Assembly: GCA_038893495.1 (NCBI GenBank)
Contig: JAWARJ010000001.1
Span: forward strand, 1,011,824-1,043,823
DNA length: 32,000 bases
Source: Thermoproteus sp.
GTDB taxonomy: Archaea; Thermoproteota; Thermoprotei; Thermoproteales; Thermoproteaceae
Reading direction: 5' to 3'
The notes beneath the pieces were generated by a model, which was not told the DNA's origin, ran no database searches, and saw only the letters and a program-made list of their open reading frames with translations. Both the position numbers and the translations under genes were made by a program. Positions 8,600 to 17,084 of this stretch are shown piece after piece (within the stretch, counting starts at the first letter, position 1; every line of letters starts with the position of its first letter).

Positions 8600-9515
8600 G
8601 CTCCGCCTTGGGGTCTATTGCGGAGATCACAGAGTCGAGTATGCCTGGGAGCTCCGCCTTGGTGGCCCTCTTCTTAATCACGGTCACCGACGCGCCTCTA
8701 TGGCCCCCGCCGCTTCCGCCTAGAAGCGAGCCTATTCTAGCCGCCATGGCGCCGACATCCACGCGTTGAGACCTATAGACTATCCTGACCTCGTCTTTAT
8801 GGCGCGACGCGACTATCGCCACGTCGCACCCTACAGACACTAACATGGAGGCCACATCGGCCTCGTACGCATCGACATGGGTGGCACAGACGAGGCCAAT
8901 GGAGGTCTTGTAGGCCTTTAATCTAATCAGCGACTTCAGTTTGGCGATCTTCAATGAGGGGTCTTCTTCCTGCCTGCCCACATAACGCTCCAGCGGGCCT
9001 ATTTCCGAGACGGCGTAGGCAAGAGCCCTCAACGTCCTGTCGTCGGCCCTCAGGAGTTTCGCGGTGTCGAAATAGACGCCCAGCGCCGCGGCCACGAGGG
9101 AGTTCTTGCTGGGCTTCACTCCTGCCTCTAGGGCTGTCTCCAGAGCCATCTCGCTACAACTAGGCCTTTCGTCTCTCACCCCTGGAAGCGCATCGCCTAC
9201 GGCGTGGTGGTCGAATAGGAGGACCAAGGCGTCCTTTACCTCCGGGACCTGGGACAGAGAGGCCACGTCGGCTAGAACTACGGCCTCCGTCCCCTGGGGG
9301 ATCTCCTCGCGGCATTCCGCATACGGTCTGGCCTCCTTAGAGGCGCCTTCAGGGCACACCACTACGGCCTCATAGCCGAGGCCCGCCAAGACGTCTTTAA
9401 GCACCTCTGCGCACCCCAAGGCGTCTAGGTCCGCATGTCTGTGAGTCACTATGGCCACCTTACGTCGATTCCCCAAGGCGTCTAAGAGCCTCCTTAAGTA
9501 CACGCCTCTTGTCAT
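8586..9515 (-). CDS. DHH/DHHA1-family phosphoesterase (NrnA/RecJ-like)
   Basis: Motif I THRHADLDALG, an intact DHH motif (LLFDHHAVGD), and the DHHA1 motif GGSGGGHRGA. 309 aa. Confidence 0.85.
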   Translation of the reverse strand: MTRGVYLRRLLDALGNRRKVAIVTHRHADLDALGCAEVLKDVLAGLGYEAVVVCPEGASKEARPYAECREEIPQGTEAVVLADVASLSQVPEVKDALVLLFDHHAVGDALPGVRDERPSCSEMALETALEAGVKPSKNSLVAAALGVYFDTAKLLRADDRTLRALAYAVSEIGPLERYVGRQEEDPSLKIAKLKSLIRLKAYKTSIGLVCATHVDAYEADVASMLVSVGCDVAIVASRHKDEVRIVYRSQRVDVGAMAARIGSLLGGSGGGHRGASVTVIKKRATKAELPGILDSVISAIDPKAEPIFG

Positions 9516-9804
9516 CGCCCGGCTTTATAACGCCTTCTTTAATCATATCGGCAACAACGACGCCCAGCTCGGCGGCCCTCTCCACCACTCGGTTCAGCCT
9601 CTCGTCCTCCACGAGGGGGCTAGCGCCGGCGTCTACCGACACCTCTACCGAGTCGCCCCTAAAGGCCACTTCTATTTCCGCCTCGAAGAAGTCGTCGCCC
9701 AGCTCTCTAGATATGTATTCGTATATTATTTCTGTGATGTATTCAGCTATATCAGCCTCCTCCCTTAGCGGGGGCTGTTGGTTGCGCTCCTCCCGCTCCC
9801 CCAC
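9460..9804 (-). CDS. Small acidic conserved hypothetical protein (possible DUF3194-like superoperon member)
   Basis: 114 aa, with GTG as the only canonical start. It is acidic, with a protein-like alpha/beta pattern. The family assignment rests on position next to pfdB and on memory only. Confidence 0.55.
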   Translation of the reverse strand: MGEREERNQQPPLREEADIAEYITEIIYEYISRELGDDFFEAEIEVAFRGDSVEVSVDAGASPLVEDERLNRVVERAAELGVVVADMIKEGVIKPGDDKRRVLKEALRRLGEST

Positions 9805-10150
9805 CTCTCAACCTTGCGAGCTCTTTATTTATGTCATCTCTCAACTTATCGAGTTGCTCTCTCAACATCGATTCTTGCCGCGATAAGGTCTTTATGTGGA
9901 GCTCCAAGAGCTCCTTCCTTTCCTTCAACTCTTGGAGCGCCACATCCCTACTGGTCTGCAACAGGAAATTGCCTACAGACTTATAGATCTTGGCATCTTG
10001 GGCCAACTTCTCTATTTCACTGAGAGCCTTCTCCACATCTCGAAGCTCCGCCTCGTACTGTTGTTTTCTGAGCAAAACGCTTTGTAGCTGATTCTGCGCC
10101 TGTTGAAACCTATTGACCAGGTCTTGTAGCGATGGAGGGAGTTGTGCCAT
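9752..10150 (-). CDS. pfdB: Prefoldin beta subunit
   Basis: 132 aa with two coiled-coil arms (LVNRFQQAQNQLQSVLLRKQQYEAELRDVEKAL...; ELLELHIKTLSRQESMLREQLDKLRDDI) and a Gly/Ala-rich tail. Sits in the exosome-superoperon context. Confidence 0.85.
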   Translation of the reverse strand: MAQLPPSLQDLVNRFQQAQNQLQSVLLRKQQYEAELRDVEKALSEIEKLAQDAKIYKSVGNFLLQTSRDVALQELKERKELLELHIKTLSRQESMLREQLDKLRDDINKELARLRGGGAGGAQPTAPAKGGG

Positions 10151-10192
10151 GGAGGTAAGACGACCCCCATTAATATGTTTTCCAGGACGCCG

Positions 10193-10414
10193 CTATAGCC
10201 TCCTTACCCCCTCCACGACGTATAGAACTCTAAATATCGTGTTGACGAGACTACGCGCGCTTGTCACATCTGCCGCATACCCCACTATCCTCAATTTGTT
10301 CCCTCTAGCCAAGACTTTAATCCTCCCTCTACGAAACGCCACCTCCCTCTCCAAGGCTTTGAACACCTTCTCTACCACTTCGTCTTTATCTACTTCAACC
10401 GATATCTCGTACAT
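10193..10414 (-). CDS. pcc1: KEOPS subunit Pcc1-like protein
   Basis: 73 aa. The pattern ...KLRIVGYAADVTSARSLVNTIFRVLYVVEGV resembles the Pcc1 'A.D..ALR..vNs.lR.i' C-terminal helix. It sits between the Brix and pfdB genes, as in other archaea. Confidence 0.6.
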   Translation of the reverse strand: MYEISVEVDKDEVVEKVFKALEREVAFRRGRIKVLARGNKLRIVGYAADVTSARSLVNTIFRVLYVVEGVRRL

Positions 10415-10955
10415 GTCTCACAGCCACCCCTCTAACCCTTAAAACAAGCCCGCGAGGGCCTAAGTCCCTCCCGTCTATCAGCTCTACTAGGTATCTGCCG
10501 GGAGCCCCCCTTATGAGGACTATGGTGTCATATCTGCCCCTCATTTTTTCCAGCTCCACCGAGTAGAATAGGGGGTAGCCGAAGACCTCTAGGAATATGT
10601 CAGCGAGCTCGCTGGCGGTGTAGTCCACGATGGCGGCACTTTCGGCTTTGGGCTTCCTAGTTACGTATACCTGTAGGTCTTCCCTCGTCTTCACGCCAGA
10701 TATTACTATCACGTAGGGCGACCACTGCCGCCTCTTTACGTCTATAAAGCCCATAGAGGCCGGATTTCCGCGCCGAGAGCCCACTATTGCCAGATAGTCG
10801 GCCCCCCTAATTACCGCCTCCTCCAGCAGTGCCCTATACGACCGCTTGCCCCTAACTATCTTCTCGACGTTGGGCAGAGAGGTACTCAGCTCGTTAAGGA
10901 ACTCGTTGACCCTCTTGGAGTAGAGCCGCGAGGATGTGGCCAGGATTTTCCTCAT
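10395..10955 (-). CDS. Brix-domain (Imp4-like) ribosome biogenesis protein
   Basis: 186 aa; ILATSSRLYSKRVNEFLNEL...RGKRSYRALLEEAV...IVGSRRGNPASMGF matches the archaeal Brix pattern. Superoperon position. Confidence 0.8.
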   Translation of the reverse strand: MRKILATSSRLYSKRVNEFLNELSTSLPNVEKIVRGKRSYRALLEEAVIRGADYLAIVGSRRGNPASMGFIDVKRRQWSPYVIVISGVKTREDLQVYVTRKPKAESAAIVDYTASELADIFLEVFGYPLFYSVELEKMRGRYDTIVLIRGAPGRYLVELIDGRDLGPRGLVLRVRGVAVRHVRDIG

Positions 10956-11275
10956 TAGGCGGCGCTAGACTCTTGAGAGCCGCCCCTCCACTTGGCCTTC
11001 TGTATCTCTACCTGTTTGAGCTCCTCGGGCGTTAACGTCCTGCCCAATATGGTTTGAGGTATCCAGGCGCCGCCGGCGAAGGTGAAGCCGCACTTGGGGC
11101 ACTGCCATATGCCGAAGGCCAGACGTTTAAGCCTCACTAGAGACCTACAGTTGGGGCAGCGGTGGAGACCTCTCTGTTTGACCTCGATGGTGGTGATCTT
11201 CCTCCTGATGCCCATGCCGTAACGAGCGCCGAAGCGTCCAGCAGGTCCGACGACTTTGGTGTGGCTGTAAGGCAT
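10955..11275 (-). CDS. rpl37ae: 50S ribosomal protein L37Ae (eL43)
   Basis: GARYGMGIRRK... with the zinc ribbon CPNC...CPKC. Confidence 0.9.
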   Translation of the reverse strand: MPYSHTKVVGPAGRFGARYGMGIRRKITTIEVKQRGLHRCPNCRSLVRLKRLAFGIWQCPKCGFTFAGGAWIPQTILGRTLTPEELKQVEIQKAKWRGGSQESSAA

Positions 11276-11295
11276 AGCCCTACGAGTCTCTCGGG

Positions 11296-11307
11296 TTTAA
11301 ATAATTT
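11296..11307 (-). promoter_or_regulatory. Internal TATA box for the rpl37ae-brix-pcc1-pfdB block
   Basis: The minus strand reads AAATTATTTAAA, 21-32 nt upstream of the rpl37ae ATG (11275), in the only 65-nt gap within the superoperon. Confidence 0.45.
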
Positions 11308-11340
11308 CGAGCCGCCGACTTTACGGATCTGATAGTCGAG

Positions 11341-12165
11341 TTACACTAGGCTTTTTATTAAAAGGTCTCTTAGTTTATCTTTCACCAAATACGCCATATC
11401 TACCGCTTGATTCAACTCGGCCTCTGTGAAATAACCGGCTGTCTTCTGTATGGATACTATTGAGTCTTGCGATATGGTGATGGTTATACGCCCGTCGAGG
11501 GACATCTCCTCCTCGAACTCTGGGTCCACTATGAGCTGAGAGTCTATCTTGCCTATAGAGACGGCTATGGGAGCCTTCGAGAGGTCTGAGGAGAGGGCCG
11601 TCTTGTTGTTTCTGTCGAGCTTAAGGGCGCCCGTCTCGTCTTTAACCGCCGCGGGCAACATGGTGGACCTCAAGGCGGCTATTGCGGCAAGGTTAGACGC
11701 ATCCACCAGATTGCCGTCGTCGTTGAGCACGTATAGGTCTACCCAAAGCACGTAGACCTTAGTGGGGTCGATGCTCAACTTCTTGAAGTCTATAAAGCCG
11801 CTGTGGCGTATACCGCGGTCAACAACGCGCGCCAGCTCTATTGCCGTCTCGTCGGGCGGCCCGATCTCACTGTAGGGAGATGCGTGAGGCAAAATCTCCG
11901 CGTTGACTATCAACACGCCTTCATCTGGCGCGTCTTGGAACGGCTGTCCCAGCCCCACCTTGACGCCGGCCACCACTCTGGTCTTTCCCAACAACACCTC
12001 GGCGGAGCCGTCGGCCGTGTTGACCACATTCGTCTTAATGGATATATCGCGTAGCTGATCCGGCTTCCTCCCATCTATACGGACGCCCGAGGCTACAAGC
12101 CGCCTTATTTGGCTACGTCTGAGGTATGAGATGAAGCGCTTGCCGTAGGGACTTATGGAGGCCAT
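11341..12165 (-). CDS. rrp42: Exosome complex protein Rrp42 (RNase PH-like, non-catalytic)
   Basis: 274-aa RNase PH fold, last gene of the rrp4-rrp41-rrp42 order. It overlaps rrp41 by 1 nt. Confidence 0.9.
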   Translation of the reverse strand: MASISPYGKRFISYLRRSQIRRLVASGVRIDGRKPDQLRDISIKTNVVNTADGSAEVLLGKTRVVAGVKVGLGQPFQDAPDEGVLIVNAEILPHASPYSEIGPPDETAIELARVVDRGIRHSGFIDFKKLSIDPTKVYVLWVDLYVLNDDGNLVDASNLAAIAALRSTMLPAAVKDETGALKLDRNNKTALSSDLSKAPIAVSIGKIDSQLIVDPEFEEEMSLDGRITITISQDSIVSIQKTAGYFTEAELNQAVDMAYLVKDKLRDLLIKSLV

Positions 12166-12902
12166 TATTTTGCCACTTCTTCCGCCACTTCGAAGTATTT
12201 AGCCTTAAGCGCCTCGCGGGCCTTGCCGTAGACATATTCGGCGCCCTTTATGGCTAGTTTGATGGCTTCGGCGAACTTCTCTCTAGTCCACGAGCCGTCT
12301 AGCTGTAGGAGAGTTATCCTGCCCAAATTGGGCATATAGCCTATGGGCATATCGCCCTCGCCGTAGTTATCCTCAAGCCCGTTGAGGTCCAAGACTACCG
12401 TGCCGTTGACCAAGCCCACAGATACGCCGATGACTAAATCCCTCATGGGCACTCCAGCGTCTGCGAGCGCCAAAGAGGCCGCAGTCAGAGAGGCCACTCT
12501 AGTGGACCCGTCGGCTTGTACTATCTCCACGAAGACATCTATACGTGAGCGCGGAAACTGCTCTAGGAATATGGCGGGCTCCAGGGCCTCGCGTAGGACC
12601 TTGCTGATCTCTATTTCGCGGCGCGACGGCGCGGGGTTTTTACGTTCGTCTTTAGTCGAGAAGGGGGCCATGTGGTACCTCACCCTCATGACCGCCCGGT
12701 CGGGCAGACTCAAATGGCGCGGATGCATCTCGCGCGGCCCGTACACCGCGGCGACGGCTGTGGTGTTCCCGTAGGACACCATAGCCGAGCCGTCCGCGTT
12801 AGAGACAACTCCTATTGATATCTTCACCTCGCGCATTTGGTCCGGCGCCCTCCCGTCGGACCTCTTCCCCTCTACTAGAAGGGGGACTGGAGGCTGTTTC
12901 AT
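12165..12902 (-). CDS. rrp41: Exosome complex exonuclease Rrp41 (RNase PH-like)
   Basis: 245 aa; RSDGRAPDQMREVKI...GSAMVSYGNT is typical of the RNase PH domain. It overlaps rrp4 by 4 nt. Confidence 0.9.
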   Translation of the reverse strand: MKQPPVPLLVEGKRSDGRAPDQMREVKISIGVVSNADGSAMVSYGNTTAVAAVYGPREMHPRHLSLPDRAVMRVRYHMAPFSTKDERKNPAPSRREIEISKVLREALEPAIFLEQFPRSRIDVFVEIVQADGSTRVASLTAASLALADAGVPMRDLVIGVSVGLVNGTVVLDLNGLEDNYGEGDMPIGYMPNLGRITLLQLDGSWTREKFAEAIKLAIKGAEYVYGKAREALKAKYFEVAEEVAK

Positions 12903-13612
12903 GTCCCGCCAAGCCTCATACTACTTTTATATCTTTCAATAAGCGCCTTGACCCTATCGGTCAGCCCCGCCACGTGGCTCTCCCTATCGATCTTAGCCAG
13001 CACTTGCAGTAGGGCGAACTCCGCATCGCTGTTGGGACATCTGGCCCATATCCTTCCGTTCTGGCCCACTATTATGTCGCAACCCAGCTCCGATATTGTG
13101 GATATCATACTCCCCTTCTTGCCTATAACCCTAGGCACTTTGACCGGCGAGATCTCTACTACAAATCCGCTTTCTATTTTGCCGAGCCTCTCCCCCTCTC
13201 TGAGAGTCAACATGACCGGAAACTCGTCGGTGAGGTCTAGGCCCTTAACTAGAGCTATCACGGCATCGCCTACATTCAACAGACTAGTAAGGCTGGTGCG
13301 CTCTAAGTCTATATATTTCGCCGTAGCCTCGCCCACAGGTAGCCAGGCGGGCAGGGGGGCCCTTATGTCTACCTCCCACCCCGAGGCCAAGACGTCGGTG
13401 ACGTAGCCTATCACTACATCCCCGGGCTTCGGCTTGTAGGAGCCCTCAAGCGGGACCACGACTATTTTGTTCTCTCTGAACTCCACAAGGCCCACTGTAG
13501 ACGCTCTGTACTTCCCGTCGTCTAGGTAGACGCTACCCTCTACGTTTTCGTCGGCAGTGGCCACCAAATCCCCCGGAAATATCAACTGGCGGGGCGTTAC
13601 GTACTTCATCAA
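12899..13612 (-). CDS. rrp4: Exosome RNA-binding subunit Rrp4 (S1 + KH domains)
   Basis: 237 aa with an S1-like segment (PKPGDVVIGYVTDVLASGWEVDI) and a KH segment (VPRVIGKKGSMISTI). Confidence 0.9.
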   Translation of the reverse strand: MMKYVTPRQLIFPGDLVATADENVEGSVYLDDGKYRASTVGLVEFRENKIVVVPLEGSYKPKPGDVVIGYVTDVLASGWEVDIRAPLPAWLPVGEATAKYIDLERTSLTSLLNVGDAVIALVKGLDLTDEFPVMLTLREGERLGKIESGFVVEISPVKVPRVIGKKGSMISTISELGCDIIVGQNGRIWARCPNSDAEFALLQVLAKIDRESHVAGLTDRVKALIERYKSSMRLGGT

Positions 13613-14304
13613 TATACCACCTCCAATATTTTTACGTCGCCCTCCCCGTGAGTTATATCATTAACCCTCCCGATGATCATATCCTGCAGGCCTGCAGGCG
13701 CCTCCACAGTGGCCTCCCAAGACCCGTCGCTCCTAAACCTCTCGTTTATTATCTTGGCGGTCTTCCCCACAAATCCCCTCACCTTCTGGGCGTACTCAGA
13801 GGATATACTCAACGCTATCCTGACCGTGGCGACCTTTATGGGGAGCACCCTCTGTAGCTCCTTCAATATGTGGTTAATCTGCTCCTCGACGGGCTTGAAG
13901 GGGTCTATGGCCGCGCGTATTTGCTCCAACGCGTTCTCCACGCGTTGAGGCGGCACCGGCGTCTTGGTGCGCACGTCGATGCAGTTGCGGGATATCCACT
14001 CCACTATTTGTCTCCTCTTCTCTTCGACCATCTTGCGCCTCTGCTCGGCGGTTATGGGTATTTCGCCTTCCTTTATTATTATCTCGGCCACTTTACGCAC
14101 GTCGGTAGTCCCGAAGGCTTTCCTTAAGGCCTGTTCAGAGGCCCTAAGGCCCTTACGGGCGTCCTTATAGATCTCCTCGTGGACTAACACCTTGTCTAGG
14201 CCTATGTTCTTGCCAGATTTCAACTCCAACGCGGCGTCGGGATCCACCAAGATCTCGAAATGTTCGCCGGCACGTTCGAGCTTAGCTATAGCCACCTTAG
14301 TCAT
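13609..14304 (-). CDS. sdo1: Ribosome maturation protein SBDS/Sdo1
   Basis: 231 aa; AIAKLERAGEHFEILVDPDAALELKSG... is the SBDS N-terminal domain. First gene of the superoperon block. Confidence 0.9.
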   Translation of the reverse strand: MTKVAIAKLERAGEHFEILVDPDAALELKSGKNIGLDKVLVHEEIYKDARKGLRASEQALRKAFGTTDVRKVAEIIIKEGEIPITAEQRRKMVEEKRRQIVEWISRNCIDVRTKTPVPPQRVENALEQIRAAIDPFKPVEEQINHILKELQRVLPIKVATVRIALSISSEYAQKVRGFVGKTAKIINERFRSDGSWEATVEAPAGLQDMIIGRVNDITHGEGDVKILEVVY

Positions 14305-14381
14305 ACCAGCAGATTATAGAGAAGGGGAAATAAATTTACTGGGCGCGCGCTTTATTTTTAAATACGCTATTAACGCCCCTC

Positions 14382-14702
14382 GTGAGCGTATATATAGCAG
14401 AGAGAGGGCCCGTCTACATCGAGTGCGACATGGCCTATACGAAATATAAAGGTGAGGAGGGCTTCTACGTCCCCTGTGAGGTCAAGGGGCCCGTCTCTGT
14501 GGAGTGTATGGCCAAAGGCCTCGGCATCTCGCCTAGAGGCGATTGTGTCGAGGCGGACGCCTTCAAGATATGTAGGGGGGAGGGGGGCCTCTCGATTACG
14601 ATATATCTGGCCAAGTCCACCTCTAGAGGGCTCACTCCAGGCGAGATAGCAAAACAGTTGTTGACGATAGCGGACCTCTGCGCCAGAGGCGTTATTTCTT
14701 GA
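14382..14702 (+). CDS. Cys-rich hypothetical protein
   Basis: 106 aa (GTG 14382; alternative ATG 14430). Codon usage is typical for the window (AGG/AGA, ATA, GAG) and it has six Cys. The TATA-like TTTATTTTTAAATA (14351-14364) sits just upstream. It fills a ~390-nt gap between SBDS and psmA. Confidence 0.5.
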   Translation: MSVYIAERGPVYIECDMAYTKYKGEEGFYVPCEVKGPVSVECMAKGLGISPRGDCVEADAFKICRGEGGLSITIYLAKSTSRGLTPGEIAKQLLTIADLCARGVIS

Positions 14703-15411
14703 TTTTGCTTAGGAGGGGCGCCACCTCGTCTTTGCTCATCTTCCTTATGACTTTGCTCTGCACGTCCCCGTAGGCCACCTCTATCCTATCCACATCTACC
14801 GACTCCATGGCGGAGCCGAGAGCCCTCAGGGCCAGTTCTATACATTGAGACATATCTAGGTCGTATTTGTAGTTCTTCTCGAGGAACTCCACGATGGATG
14901 TAGACTCGGCGCCTATCGCGGTGGCGTAATAGCCTAGATATACCCCGCCTGGATCTGTCTGGAAGAGTCTGGGGCCCTGTCTGTCTATGCCGGCTATGAG
15001 CAGAGCTACGCCGAAGGGCCTCGCGCCGCCGAACTGGGTGTATTGTTGCTTCAAATTGCAGATGTCTTTAGTCAGAACCTCTACGTCTATAGGCTCGTCG
15101 TATAGAAATCTGTGGGTTAACGCCACCGAGCGCGCGTAGTCCACCAAGACCCTAGCGTCCGCCAGAAGGCCCGAGGGGGAGATCGCCACATGGTCGTCGA
15201 CGATATATATCTTCTCTAACGACGAGGGGTCGAAGAGCTGGGATATCTTCCGCTTCTCCGCAGCCAGCACTACCCCTGCGGCGCATTTAACGCCCACAGT
15301 CGGCCAGCCCCTCTTTACGGCCTCGCCGGCATATTCAACCTGATACAGCTTACCTTCAGGCGAGAATATCGTTATTGCCCTATCGTAGCCCGCCATCGAG
15401 GGTGGGAACAT
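14692..15411 (-). CDS. psmA: Proteasome alpha subunit
   Basis: AGYDRAITIFSPEGKLYQVEYA signature; 239 aa. Confidence 0.95.
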   Translation of the reverse strand: MFPPSMAGYDRAITIFSPEGKLYQVEYAGEAVKRGWPTVGVKCAAGVVLAAEKRKISQLFDPSSLEKIYIVDDHVAISPSGLLADARVLVDYARSVALTHRFLYDEPIDVEVLTKDICNLKQQYTQFGGARPFGVALLIAGIDRQGPRLFQTDPGGVYLGYYATAIGAESTSIVEFLEKNYKYDLDMSQCIELALRALGSAMESVDVDRIEVAYGDVQSKVIRKMSKDEVAPLLSKIKK

Positions 15412-15431
15412 TGACTAGGCCGTATATCTCC

Positions 15432-15443
15432 AATTTAAATATT
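15432..15443. promoter_or_regulatory. Bidirectional TATA box (psmA / UPF0201-like gene)
   Basis: AATTTAAATATT is centred ~26 nt from the psmA ATG (15411), consistent with a leaderless mRNA. It also serves the divergent plus-strand gene. Confidence 0.5.
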
Positions 15444-15477
15444 AGTGGGCTCTCTTTTTGTGGACTGCATTGTCAGG

Positions 15478-15921
15478 ATGGTCGAGGCCAGGACGTACTG
15501 TCACGCCACTGAGGACTGCAATAAGGTGGCGAGAGCCCTCTCTAAAGTCGTAGATGGCGAAATCACAATGGAGAGAATTAGAGGACATCACGGCAATGAG
15601 ATAACCGTCATGGCGGCCAGGATAGAGGGCTGTGACGCAACAACTGCCTTAATTAAAATATTAAAATCTCTCGATGATATAGAATTTAATATTCTAATTA
15701 ATTCTATTAATATTTATAAAAATAGAATATTTATTAGACTCAATAAACAAAAGGCGCTAAGAGGCGTTTTGAGGATAGACGAAGGGGACGACGTGATACA
15801 CATAGAGGCGAGGTTGACGCACAACGCGGCAAATAGATTAATAGAGACGTTGAAGGGGCTTCGTGGATCCAGTCGAGGCGATCAGGAAGAGCCTAAAGGA
15901 GGTAGAGGGCTTGGGGGCTAG
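15478..15921 (+). CDS. UPF0201/DUF54-like predicted RNA-binding protein (exosome-neighbourhood family)
   Basis: VEARTYCHATEDCNKVARAL fits the 'v.v.a.v.pTED.eKV' N-terminal pattern. The track ORF starts at GTG 15445, but that abuts the TATA box (15432-15443). GTG 15460 or ATG 15478 is more plausible; the start is uncertain. Confidence 0.65.
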   Translation: MVEARTYCHATEDCNKVARALSKVVDGEITMERIRGHHGNEITVMAARIEGCDATTALIKILKSLDDIEFNILINSINIYKNRIFIRLNKQKALRGVLRIDEGDDVIHIEARLTHNAANRLIETLKGLRGSSRGDQEEPKGGRGLGG

Positions 15922-16069
15922 GGCCATCTTGAATTACGTCCTGTATGAATTCGAGGCGGGCGGGCCGTCCCGCGAAGTCCTAGAAGAGGCCGTCAAAATA
16001 GCGGAGAGAGAAATCCGCGAGCTCCAAAAGGTCTTACAGATACTCAAAGAGCTGGAGGTATACGTATAG
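15863..16069 (+). CDS. Small helical hypothetical protein
   Basis: 68 aa with a GTG start three codons after an in-frame TGA. The sequence is protein-like and helical (AILNYVLYEFEAGGPSREVLEEAVKIAEREIRELQKVLQILKELE). It overlaps the low-complexity tail of the upstream gene by 59 nt. Confidence 0.4.
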   Translation: MDPVEAIRKSLKEVEGLGARAILNYVLYEFEAGGPSREVLEEAVKIAEREIRELQKVLQILKELEVYV

Positions 16070-16078
16070 TATACGTAA

Positions 16079-17014
16079 TCATAGAGAGAGCGAAAGTAGA
16101 GATTTATATTGGACCTTAAAGAGCTCGGCGAGGTCCGGCTTGTGTAGCTCGGCGATGACTTGCCCTCTTGACGCCTGTTCCTCTAGGTATTTAGAGAGGA
16201 TGTCTGTCAACTTTTCATTAAAGCAGTAGTCGAAGTTGTCAAGTAGGAGCAGGTCGGGCCTTGTGGACACGGCCGCGGCTATCGTGAGCGCGGCCTTTAG
16301 GCTACAAGGTAGTCTGGAAATGGGCACTTTAGCCCGTCCTATATATGCCACTCCGGCGAGTAAGCCCCTCTTGGAGAGCCCCACCGCCAGCTTTATGCCC
16401 TTCTTCCTGAAGTCGCCCCTCAGCTTGTCGTAGACGTCGGGGGCCGTCAACGCCAGAGAGGCCAGCACTCCGACTAGATTGCCGCCGTCAGGTCTGAGCG
16501 GCCTCCTGCCCTTCGAGGCGTCGTAGAAAGTCTCGGGGTCTATGTAGGGCCCCAACAACACGGCCCTCAACGAAAAGGCCCTCCTGAATCCATCTACGAA
16601 CTTGTTGACCTCCTCGACCTCCTCCTCGGCGAGGATGGACACGTGTTCAGAAACCTCTATAAACGGCATTACGACGTTGGCGTCTTTAATCGACAGCTCG
16701 AAGGGCTCGACTACCCTATTGAAGACGGAGCCCCTCACAGATCCATATTCGAAGACGACCCTCTTGCTTCCCTCCTCCAGCACCTGTCTGTATATATTTC
16801 CGTTTCTCTGTAGCGAAAAAGTTTTTTCTTTTATCTTTATAGTGATAACAAAATTACTAGAATAAATCTTAGGAATCTTACTTCCAATATTTGATAATAT
16901 TTTGTATATTGAATGTATGAAAAGACTCTTGCCGCTACCTACTAGAAACGTCAATGGGGTCAACTCCGCCGACGCCTTCCGGCCGTCTACCTGTAGCTCC
17001 ACATAGTTAAGCAC
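16079..17014 (-). CDS. ABC/SMC-like ATPase-fold protein with degenerate catalytic motifs
   Basis: The track ORF extends to 17200, but that extension is antisense to the neighbouring gene and looks non-protein-like. GTG 17014 is the first canonical start downstream of the TATA at 17057-17068. P-loop-like LVGSGKS, Walker-B-like LLLLDNFD (Asn in place of the catalytic Glu), and LPCSLKAAL in place of LSGGQ. Confidence 0.6.
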   Translation of the reverse strand: MLNYVELQVDGRKASAELTPLTFLVGSGKSLFIHSIYKILSNIGSKIPKIYSSNFVITIKIKEKTFSLQRNGNIYRQVLEEGSKRVVFEYGSVRGSVFNRVVEPFELSIKDANVVMPFIEVSEHVSILAEEEVEEVNKFVDGFRRAFSLRAVLLGPYIDPETFYDASKGRRPLRPDGGNLVGVLASLALTAPDVYDKLRGDFRKKGIKLAVGLSKRGLLAGVAYIGRAKVPISRLPCSLKAALTIAAAVSTRPDLLLLDNFDYCFNEKLTDILSKYLEEQASRGQVIAELHKPDLAELFKVQYKSLLSLSL

Positions 17015-17042
17015 GTGGACCTGCTCGCCGAGTAATAAGAAG

Positions 17043-17060
17043 ATTTCGGGCGCCTGAAAT
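17043..17060. promoter_or_regulatory. Imperfect palindrome, candidate operator
   Basis: ATTTCGGGCGCCTGAAAT matches its reverse complement at 16 of 18 positions and overlaps the edge of the TATA box. Confidence 0.35.
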
Positions 17061-17068
17061 ATAAATAT
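17057..17068. promoter_or_regulatory. Bidirectional TATA box (ATPase / ThiR-like gene)
   Basis: AAATATAAATAT is centred ~23 nt upstream of GTG 17085 on the plus strand and upstream of GTG 17014 on the minus strand. Confidence 0.5.
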
Positions 17069-17084
17069 GCGAAGCCCATAGGTC

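Noticed and set aside
15851-15921. Programmed +1 frameshift fusing the UPF0201-like gene to the 68-aa ORF
   Set aside because: The +1 frame is closed by a TGA at 15851-15853 just upstream, there is no slippery motif, and a GTG start is available. Two overlapping genes is the simpler reading.
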